From a virus (lineage: Duplodnaviria > Caudoviricetes), in IMG/VR virus record IMGVR_UViG_3300006865_000015, positions 1 to 52,803 of that record: a stretch of DNA of 52,803 bases; one strand, written 5' to 3'. The position numbers and the translations under genes are program-made. Under the pieces are notes generated by a model. It ran no database searches. It worked only from the letters and a program-made list of their open reading frames with translations, and was not told the DNA's origin. The stretch's first letter is position 1. Each line of letters opens with the position of its first letter. Shown piece by piece: positions 18,431 to 26,055 of the stretch.

Positions 18431-18789
18431 AGGTCATTGTAGCAGGCTCTCGCAACTGGACTAAGCGAGACTGGCTCTTTACGGAGTTAGACAAGTTGCG
18501 CAATACGCTACCCATCACAGAAGTAGTGTCCGGTGGTGCTAAAGGAGCTGACTCCCTAGGTGAATTCTGGGCTGAAAAACGGGGAGTACCACTCACCCGG
18601 TTCCCTGCGGAATGGCTCCGTGAGGATGGTACTGTGGACAAGGCAGCTGGCTTCAAACGCAACGTGAAGATGGCAGAGTACGCAGATGCCCTTGTCGCTT
18701 TCTCCACTGGTACAAAAGGTACCGCTCACATGCTGAAAACAATGAGTATCAAAGGGAAGCCGACATTCCTCTTCTCGGCAACCACTTGA
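18427..18789 (+). CDS. SLOG (YspA/DUF2493-like) protein
   Basis: VAGSR, SGGAKGAD, AGFKRN..M, KGT.HM. Confidence 0.85.
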   Translation: MKVIVAGSRNWTKRDWLFTELDKLRNTLPITEVVSGGAKGADSLGEFWAEKRGVPLTRFPAEWLREDGTVDKAAGFKRNVKMAEYADALVAFSTGTKGTAHMLKTMSIKGKPTFLFSATT

Positions 18790-18803
18790 GCCGGACCCTA
18801 AAG
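18789..18803 (+). promoter_or_regulatory. Putative phage RNAP promoter, copy 1
   Basis: AGCCGGACCCTAAAG upstream of nrdJ; matches copies at 39965 and 47894. Confidence 0.55.
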
Positions 18804-18842
18804 ACAACCCTCCCACCTACCTAACACAAGAGGATCACCTAA

Positions 18843-20714
18843 ATGACCCCGTACCAAGAATTCATCGCCAAGAGCCGCTACGCCCGCTACCTGCCAGACG
18901 AGGCCCGTCGAGAGGACTGGCCTGAGACGGCTCAACGATGGATCAATTTCTTCAAAGCGCAGTACCCACAGGCTCCGGAATGGATCTGGCCTGAACTGCA
19001 GAACTCCATTCTGAACCTCGAAGCCCTGCCCTCAATGCGCAGCATCATGACGGCTGGTCCTGCTCTGGAGCGTACCCATGTCTCGGCCTACAATTGCAGT
19101 TATCTTCCCGTTGATCATCCGCGCAGTTTCGACGAGGCAATGTACATCCTGCTCTGCGGAACAGGTGTAGGTTTCTCAGTTGAGTCTCAGTACACGAGTC
19201 AACTGCCAGAAGTGCCGTCCCGTGTTTCGGCTTCCAACTACGTCATTGTTGTTGAAGACAGCAAAGAGGGTTGGTGTTACGCTTACCAAGATCTTCTACG
19301 AAATCTTTGGGAAGGCAAAATCCCAGAATGGGATGTATCTGGTGTGCGTCCTGCAGGAGCACCGCTCAAGACTTTCGGAGGCAGAGCCTCTGGCCCCGGG
19401 CCTCTCGTTGATCTGTTCAACTTCACCGTTAGCAAGTTCAAGGAAGCTGCCGGACGTCAGCTGACCACGCTAGAATGCCATGATATCATGTGCAAGATCG
19501 GTGAAGTTGTCGTCGTGGGTGGTGTCCGCCGCTCCGCGATGATCAGCCTGGGAGACCTTGCCGACGAGCAACATGCGACAGCGAAAACGGGACCGTGGTG
19601 GGAAGCCCATCCGGAACGCGCCCTCGCCAACAACAGCGCGATTTACGCAGATCGTCCTTCCCATGAAGATTTTCTCCGCGAGTGGGATACTGTTAGGAAT
19701 TCAGGTTCCGGTGAGCGCGGTATTATCAATCGTGCTGCACTCCAACGACAAGCGGCGCGCTTTGGTCTGAGAAGCATCGACGATAACTACGGCACAAACC
19801 CCTGCGCCGAGATCATCCTGAAGCCCTACCAGTTTTGCAACCTGTCCACAGCGGTAATTCGGTCTGACGACACCCGCGCTGACATCCGTCGCAAGATTGT
19901 GCTGGCCACCATCTTCGGCACCATGCAGAGTGGTCTCACCGACTTTGATTACCTCCGCCCTATCTGGAAGGAGAACACCGAGGCAGAGAACCTTCTGGGT
20001 GTGTCCATGACGGGTATCTTCAGCAATCGGCACCTCACTGGCCTGAGCCCGACTCACAAGGCATTCCGCAAGGAGCTTCGGGAGCTGGCTCGCATGATCA
20101 ATGAAAAGTGGGCTCCGCGACTCGGCCTCAAGCCCTCTGCTGCGGTGACCTGTGTCAAGCCCGAAGGTACTGTGTCTCAGCTGGCACTTACTGAGAGTGG
20201 TCTGCATCCAGGTCATTCTGAGTACTACATTCGTCGGGTGCGCCAAGACCGAAAGGATCCTCTGACTCAGTTCATGATCGAGCAAGGTGTGCCTTACGAA
20301 GCTGACGTCATGAAGCCGAATGACACCGTGGTGTTCTCCTTCCCGATGAACTCCAAAGGTATTGTGCGGAAGGACATCACCGCTGTTGAGCACCTTGAAC
20401 TGTGGCTTGCCTTCCAGGAAGAGTACTGTGAGCACAAGCCTTCTGTCACGATCTCCATCAAGGATCACGAATGGAAGGAAGTTGGTGACTGGTTGTTCAA
20501 GAACTTCGACAAGTGTACTGGTGTTTCGGTCCTGCCTGATGATGGTGGCACCTATAGGCAGGCACCGTATGAGGAGATTGACAAGCAAACTTACGACAAA
20601 CTATCTGCTGAGATGTCTCACATCAACTGGTCTCTGTTCCGTGAGGAAGAGGACACGGTACAAGGTGCTCAGCTTCTAGCCTGCACTTCTGGTGCTTGTG
20701 AGATCAACTTTTGA
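18843..20714 (+). CDS. nrdJ: Class II (AdoCbl-dependent) ribonucleotide reductase
   Basis: YNC, GTGVG, GGVRRSA, TNPCAE, QFCNL, KPEGT, C-terminal CTSGAC; no beta subunit nearby. Confidence 0.95.
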   Translation: MTPYQEFIAKSRYARYLPDEARREDWPETAQRWINFFKAQYPQAPEWIWPELQNSILNLEALPSMRSIMTAGPALERTHVSAYNCSYLPVDHPRSFDEAMYILLCGTGVGFSVESQYTSQLPEVPSRVSASNYVIVVEDSKEGWCYAYQDLLRNLWEGKIPEWDVSGVRPAGAPLKTFGGRASGPGPLVDLFNFTVSKFKEAAGRQLTTLECHDIMCKIGEVVVVGGVRRSAMISLGDLADEQHATAKTGPWWEAHPERALANNSAIYADRPSHEDFLREWDTVRNSGSGERGIINRAALQRQAARFGLRSIDDNYGTNPCAEIILKPYQFCNLSTAVIRSDDTRADIRRKIVLATIFGTMQSGLTDFDYLRPIWKENTEAENLLGVSMTGIFSNRHLTGLSPTHKAFRKELRELARMINEKWAPRLGLKPSAAVTCVKPEGTVSQLALTESGLHPGHSEYYIRRVRQDRKDPLTQFMIEQGVPYEADVMKPNDTVVFSFPMNSKGIVRKDITAVEHLELWLAFQEEYCEHKPSVTISIKDHEWKEVGDWLFKNFDKCTGVSVLPDDGGTYRQAPYEEIDKQTYDKLSAEMSHINWSLFREEEDTVQGAQLLACTSGACEINF

Positions 20715-20872
20715 ACCTAACCTACGTCTTCTTAGGTGTGCCACTGACAATGTACATTCTTCAGGCTCTCGTGGTGTACGCACCGCAGGGCCGATGGGGG
20801 ATGTGCCTTGCTCTGCTGGCGTACGCACTAGCTAACGTGGGCCTCATCTGGGACGCAATTGTCAACTCATGA
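20711..20872 (+). CDS. Small two-TM membrane protein (53 aa)
   Basis: TTGA and ATGA overlaps at both ends. Confidence 0.55.
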   Translation: MNLTYVFLGVPLTMYILQALVVYAPQGRWGMCLALLAYALANVGLIWDAIVNS

Positions 20873-21138
20873 AAATCCTAAGCTTCTACGGAAAGAACTG
20901 CGAACCCTGTAAGGCCCTTAAAGGGCTCCTCAGCATGCCTGAGTTCGGGGAAATCGATGTCGAGTACATTGATGTCTACTCGAAGAAAGGCTACAACATT
21001 GTTCTCGAACGGGGCCTTGACAAGATCCCAACCCTGGTCAAGGTCTGTGATGATGGAGCGGAAACGATGATCATCGGACTCCCTACGATCAACTACCTCG
21101 CGGCCTTCTGTGGCCTGCAACCTACTCAAAAGGACTGA
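20869..21138 (+). CDS. Thioredoxin-like protein
   Basis: CEPC active site and IPT cis-Pro motif; next to the RNR. Confidence 0.85.
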   Translation: MKILSFYGKNCEPCKALKGLLSMPEFGEIDVEYIDVYSKKGYNIVLERGLDKIPTLVKVCDDGAETMIIGLPTINYLAAFCGLQPTQKD

Positions 21139-21141
21139 ACC

Positions 21142-21270
21142 ATGTACTACCGCCACATCGAAACCAACGCCAAGGCTAAGGCTGAACACGACCGCAACCA
21201 GAAAGATGCCGCGTTGGAGCGTGCAGACAAGCGGCGTGCCTGGAATAAGGCCAACAAGAAGGCGCAGTAA
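21142..21270 (+). CDS. Small basic protein (42 aa)
   Basis: AAGGA RBS; MYYRHIETNAK.. Confidence 0.5.
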   Translation: MYYRHIETNAKAKAEHDRNQKDAALERADKRRAWNKANKKAQ

Positions 21271-21413
21271 TGCGCGGCATCCCACGTAGCAGAGCCACGT
21301 TCAGCTGCTCTCCCCGAGAGCTTTGGCTAGGGCGTCGCGTCAAAGAGCTCTGGAGCAAGTGATGGAATCATTCGACGACTTTCAACTTCGACGTTTCAAA
21401 GAGGAGAAAGCAA

Positions 21414-21530
21414 ATGGGCAAGGGCAGTACTCGCCGACCGACCGACGAGAAGACGTTCCGGGAGAACTACGACAAGATCTTCGGCAAGAAACCACAGGCA
21501 CCGCAGCCTCTGGAGAAGCAGCCGCAGTGA
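21414..21530 (+). CDS. Small phage protein (38 aa)
   Basis: GAGGAG RBS; MGKGSTRRPTDEKTFRENYDKIFGK resembles a recurrent phage microprotein. Confidence 0.6.
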   Translation: MGKGSTRRPTDEKTFRENYDKIFGKKPQAPQPLEKQPQ

Positions 21531-21532
21531 CA

Positions 21533-21817
21533 ATGGAAGACGCATACGTTTTGGACTGCGCAGGGCAGAAAACCCGTGTGGGCGACAGCTTCTCCTACGC
21601 CACCCGGCGCGGCAGCAACCTGCAGGTCAACTTGTATGTGCTCGATTCCATTGAGATGTCCTCTGTGAAGGCGACCATCATCGGTGGTCCTGCCTATGAG
21701 CGGCGTGCTAAGACGTACGACCGTAAGAGGGGTAGTTACGTAGATAGCAAACCTAGGCAGAGCAACCTGGGTTGTTTTGGCAAGCGAGCTACCCGTGTTG
21801 GAGGCATCTTTGGGTAA
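21533..21817 (+). CDS. Hypothetical protein
   Basis: 3' part of track ORF 21323-21817; ATG 2 nt after upstream stop. Confidence 0.55.
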   Translation: MEDAYVLDCAGQKTRVGDSFSYATRRGSNLQVNLYVLDSIEMSSVKATIIGGPAYERRAKTYDRKRGSYVDSKPRQSNLGCFGKRATRVGGIFG

Positions 21818-21923
21818 AGTCGTAATCAACCCTGCACTCTTAGCGGCTCTCAATCAAGGTCATTGAAGACCGCCTAAAAGTGGGGTGGAGAGCGCCTCTA
21901 CGAAAGATCATGAAAGGATTGCA

Positions 21924-22181
21924 ATGAAGAATTACAACATGTTCGCCCTAGAAGGCGACACCGATACCAGTGACATGGACGTCTGTCAGACCCTCGGGCT
22001 GGACATCAACCTAGCTGGTACTCCTCAGATCAATGATGCTGCCATCGAAGCCATGATGCGTCAGAACATCAGCATGATGGTGCGAGCTGGTATGAGTGAA
22101 GCTGAGGCGCAGCATCAGGCTAACGTACTCGCTGACCAGACGCGTAAGCGGGTTCAACTCGCAATGTCAAATCAGCAGTAA
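21924..22181 (+). CDS. Hypothetical protein
   Basis: TGAAAGGA RBS; last gene of the + block. Confidence 0.7.
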   Translation: MKNYNMFALEGDTDTSDMDVCQTLGLDINLAGTPQINDAAIEAMMRQNISMMVRAGMSEAEAQHQANVLADQTRKRVQLAMSNQQ

Positions 22182-22183
22182 AC

Positions 22184-22230
22184 AAAAGAAGAGCCCCCAC
22201 CTGTGGATAACCACGGGTAGGGGCTTTTCA
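22184..22230. terminator. Bidirectional Rho-independent terminator
   Basis: aaaagaa-GAGCCCCcACCTGTGG-ataa-CCACGGGTaGGGGCTT-tt between convergent blocks. Confidence 0.85.
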
Positions 22231-22234
22231 TTGC

Positions 22235-25200
22235 TTAGAACGGTAGGAAGTCTTCATCGAAGTTGTCTTCGATGTTGTCAACTCTCTTGTACGCAGTCGG
22301 CTTGACTTCCGTTTTGTGCGGAGGCTTCTCGCCACGCTCATCCTTTGCCTTCACAGGCGGTTCCCACTTGGGGATGGACTTCAGCGGCTTACTACCACCA
22401 GACGGGCTCATCTGGAACAGGGTGTTTCCAAAGAACTTACCTTGAGTGAAAAGGTTCTTCGCAGTCGCCTTGACACGGCTATCGAAGTTGGCTACCCACG
22501 AGCGGAACTGGTCTTTGGGACCAGCCAGCCGCAGGGACTCTTTCGACAGATAGACCAGCGACTCAAAGTCCTTCGGTGATACCGCAAGGTACTGCCGAGC
22601 ACGGCGCGGCATCTCCGCCGAGGACACCCATCCGTAGCTGCGTGCTTCCTTCAGGATGCCTTCCATCTCAGCGAGGCGTTCTTTCGACAGGGGTTTGCCT
22701 TCATAGGCCGCGCTGCCTGCCCTTTTCTGGAGCTCAGTGTCAAGACGGTCTTGGATCTCGTCAAAGAAGGCTCCTAGCGCGGGGAAGTCGCCACTCTCGC
22801 CGATACCCACGGGCTTGGGCGTGCCAAACGAGCTCACGTTTTTACGGACTCGTTGGAAAGCCTGTTGCTCTGCACCCTTCAACAATCCCTCGAACATGCG
22901 ACCGTAGTCGGCGATCTTCGGGATGGCATTTCGGATGGCCACGTTGTTGTAGGCATTCCGGTAGACTAACGCGCCAAAGGGCGTGCTGATGATCGAATCG
23001 TGAACCCACAGAGCCGGTACCGGAGTCCGAAGACCACGGTTCACGTACAGAGTAGTCCATTTCAGAAGGTCACCGTCCATTGCCTGGATCGGCATCACCG
23101 CCATCATGCGAGACTGGCTCGTGCCAAGTGCGTTCTGAAACAGATCCCACTTCTTAGTGCGCCGCTTAAAGTGCATCTGCGAGCCCTTGGAGAAGCTCGG
23201 TTGATAGGTCAACTCGGTGGATTCAATCTGGACGTCACCACGCGGAGTGCGGAAGACATCAACTTCCCTGTTGGGAAGCTTCATGTACACTTTCTGCCCA
23301 TTAGGCAGGGTCTTCTCAGTGTACGACGAATCATCCACACTCTTGTTGATAGGTTGCAGCCCCGGAGGGCTGAACACAGCTGTGTCTCCGGAGAGACCTT
23401 CCATGTAGACTGCCGTGTCAAGGATAGCCGTGTAGCGCCCAATCGACTTCATCATCTGCGCATACTTCGCGTTGATGATCTCACCCAGGGTAGCCTCAAT
23501 GCCTGCGCCAAGCACACTGTAAGCTTCCTCACGAGTGGGAAACACAGCGTCAAGATGCTCTACAGCAAGGTCTTCAAGCTCAGATGAGTACTCCTCCATG
23601 ATCTCGAACGGATAGTCCTGGAACACAGTGGCATGCTTTGAGTAGGCGTTTTGCATCAAGGGAGCCTTGAAGAAAACGTTGGCCAGCTTCTGGCGTCCCA
23701 TCTTTTCTTCAGCAGCAGCCAAGAAGCTCTTTAAGCCAAGCAGCTTCTCTTTGTCGTCCTTCAGGATGTTACCCAGCTGCAGTTTGATCTTGTTCAGAGC
23801 AGCACCGCGAAGGTCTTCCTGCTTGGGGTTAGCAATACCAAGGCGGATCGCGTTGTCGGTAGAGCCAAAGAACAGAGACTGCAAGAAGATACCGTTCTGG
23901 GTACCGTCATCGAAGTTGTGATGCGTCAGCGCAAGCGGTTGGCCATTCGGGCGAGTCTCTAGCTGGTAGAGATCATCCCACAAGTTCTTCGCACCCATGG
24001 ATTCGCCACGTTCCATTGCGGCAAGGTAGCGAACGATGTCAGCTTCCATGTCCGGGTTGAGCAGCCACTCGTTGTACTGCTTGCCGAGCTCAGCCAGCTT
24101 CGATGCCATCTCAGGACGGTACCTGCGGATGACATCTGCTTCGTGGGTCTTCGTGATGGCCGGTTGAGGGTCGATCGTCGTGTAGTAGGCAACCACAGTC
24201 GTGTACATCAGGCCAATAGCGCCTTGCTCACGCGGGCTCAGAGCCATGAGTGCTTCGTGCTTCTTGTCACCTGGGAGGCGCAGGATGCGGTCGAACTTCT
24301 GCTGGTTGTACTGCACCTTAGTCGCGTTGAACAAGTCTTCCTTGTAGACAATGTCCTGCTTTGCAAGACCCATTGTGTCACGGATCACGTTCTTAGAGGA
24401 CATGTAGTCAGTGTCGAAGTTCGCAGGGAACATCCGCTGGTTCGAGAGAGAGTGCATGTACTTCGTGAAGCGCACTCCCGGTGATCCCTTGATGTTCTGC
24501 ATGTCGAACTCGATCGCCTGGAACTTCTGCAGCATGACTTCTGCCGCATGCTTCCGCTTGAACGACTCGATGTTTTCCGGCTTCACACCATCTTGTCGGA
24601 GATTCTCCGGGAGAGTGGCGTTCGAACGGGCAGCAGCGTAGTCCTTGCGGCCAACGCCATAGCGCTCTGCAAAGACAGAATGACTGAACAACGGGTAGCC
24701 CGTGTCAGGGTCGTTCTCCACCTTGGCAGCAACGTCAGCAAGAGCAATGTCAGCGAACAGGACGTCCTTCTGGCGGAACACCGTGCCTACGCGGCCCATG
24801 ATGTCTTTCACTGCTTCCGCAGCAGACGTAACAAGGCCCTTGGCGCCGAAGCTCTTGGCAGTGAATAGCTGACCTTTATCCAGCAGACCAGCGCCACTCG
24901 GGTTGGGTGTCGTCGAGGATCGGCCCCGAGACTGGTCTCCAAGCATGACTTCAGACATTCGTTCCAGCGAGCGGGCATTCTCTTTAGCATGCTCCGACAT
25001 GGTGACATATGGACGACCCGTGTTCGGATCATGCACAACGACCGCGTCACCTACTTCAATAGCGTCCTGCGCCATGACCTTCGCCAGCTGCTCCACGCTC
25101 TTCGGATCCAGCTTGATACCAGCATTCTTCAGGCCATTCGATGCGAAGTGTTTGATGCTGTTGACATAGTCGCTGAAGAACATACCATCCGGCACGGCAT

Positions 25201-26053
25201 TACCGGTGTGGTCACGCACAATGGCCCGCTCAGCTTTCTTCGATTTGTCTTTGTAGTCAAGCGGCACCTGCATGTTGGCCTTCGCCGAGGCGACACCAAA
25301 CACGGTAGCGATTGTGTTGCGGTCTTCAGGAGAATCGATGCCAGCATCAAACAGAATTTTCAGACCTGCCGCGTAGTGCTGCGTCGGCATGCCCTCTTCC
25401 ATATGTTCCATCGTCACACGGGCATCCGGAGAGAGCAGCGCGGCCTTAGCAGCCAGCACCGTGTTCACCAAAGGCGAGCTAGACTCATCAGCCACACTCT
25501 CGATGAAGTCCTCACCATACTGCTCCGCACGAGTGTTCCCGCTCTCAGTGGCGGCGTTGCGGGCGTTTAGCATGGACTGCGAGGCAAGAATTGCGGTAGA
25601 CGGATCCTGCGCGATGGCCTGGATGTCGCTGGCAATGTCTAGCTGGTTTGCAAGTTCTTGCTGGTACTGGCTGTTGTAGTCCTGCGGCGTGACCGTCCGC
25701 ATAATAGGTGCCCCTGTCATGGGGTCCACTTGCATGTTGCCAGCCTCATCCAGCACAGGCACATCTGTAGTAGCCGCTGCGTAGGGGGAGCGCGACACAG
25801 CAGCAACGTCTTCCATGCTCTGAATTTCTTCAGGCATGTAGGTGGTATCCGGCGTGGGGATCAGTTCAGGGTTGCGAAGCCGGTCGTAGACCAGATCACG
25901 TGGATCATAAGCAGCTACTTCGGGAACCGCAACCGAGGAGTGCATGTCTCCTTCTTGTTGTACCAGAGCGCTGAGGCTCCGCCGTTGCGGAATGAGTTCG
26001 TCTGCCGTCAGGGCAGGCCTTCCGAGTGGCGCACCGCCAGTCTTGATAGCCAT
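22235..26053 (-). CDS. Putative virion-encapsidated single-subunit RNA polymerase (1272 aa)
   Basis: NQRMFP..VIRDTMGLAK, motif A DDGTQNG, motif B KAPLMQNAYS, IQAMDG, motif C WVHDS in correct order; no Cys; in ejection-protein cluster. Confidence 0.8.
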   Translation of the reverse strand: MAIKTGGAPLGRPALTADELIPQRRSLSALVQQEGDMHSSVAVPEVAAYDPRDLVYDRLRNPELIPTPDTTYMPEEIQSMEDVAAVSRSPYAAATTDVPVLDEAGNMQVDPMTGAPIMRTVTPQDYNSQYQQELANQLDIASDIQAIAQDPSTAILASQSMLNARNAATESGNTRAEQYGEDFIESVADESSSPLVNTVLAAKAALLSPDARVTMEHMEEGMPTQHYAAGLKILFDAGIDSPEDRNTIATVFGVASAKANMQVPLDYKDKSKKAERAIVRDHTGNAVPDGMFFSDYVNSIKHFASNGLKNAGIKLDPKSVEQLAKVMAQDAIEVGDAVVVHDPNTGRPYVTMSEHAKENARSLERMSEVMLGDQSRGRSSTTPNPSGAGLLDKGQLFTAKSFGAKGLVTSAAEAVKDIMGRVGTVFRQKDVLFADIALADVAAKVENDPDTGYPLFSHSVFAERYGVGRKDYAAARSNATLPENLRQDGVKPENIESFKRKHAAEVMLQKFQAIEFDMQNIKGSPGVRFTKYMHSLSNQRMFPANFDTDYMSSKNVIRDTMGLAKQDIVYKEDLFNATKVQYNQQKFDRILRLPGDKKHEALMALSPREQGAIGLMYTTVVAYYTTIDPQPAITKTHEADVIRRYRPEMASKLAELGKQYNEWLLNPDMEADIVRYLAAMERGESMGAKNLWDDLYQLETRPNGQPLALTHHNFDDGTQNGIFLQSLFFGSTDNAIRLGIANPKQEDLRGAALNKIKLQLGNILKDDKEKLLGLKSFLAAAEEKMGRQKLANVFFKAPLMQNAYSKHATVFQDYPFEIMEEYSSELEDLAVEHLDAVFPTREEAYSVLGAGIEATLGEIINAKYAQMMKSIGRYTAILDTAVYMEGLSGDTAVFSPPGLQPINKSVDDSSYTEKTLPNGQKVYMKLPNREVDVFRTPRGDVQIESTELTYQPSFSKGSQMHFKRRTKKWDLFQNALGTSQSRMMAVMPIQAMDGDLLKWTTLYVNRGLRTPVPALWVHDSIISTPFGALVYRNAYNNVAIRNAIPKIADYGRMFEGLLKGAEQQAFQRVRKNVSSFGTPKPVGIGESGDFPALGAFFDEIQDRLDTELQKRAGSAAYEGKPLSKERLAEMEGILKEARSYGWVSSAEMPRRARQYLAVSPKDFESLVYLSKESLRLAGPKDQFRSWVANFDSRVKATAKNLFTQGKFFGNTLFQMSPSGGSKPLKSIPKWEPPVKAKDERGEKPPHKTEVKPTAYKRVDNIEDNFDEDFLPF

Positions 26054-26055
26054 TG

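Noticed and set aside
21893-21906. CGCCTCTAC(T)GAAAG shared with 45856-45870
   Set aside because: Only two copies, and one overlaps the common GAAAGGA RBS
22202-22210. Perfect DnaA box TGTGGATAA
   Set aside because: Single copy forming part of the terminator hairpin; one 9-mer in 53 kb is expected by chance and there is no AT-rich unwinding region
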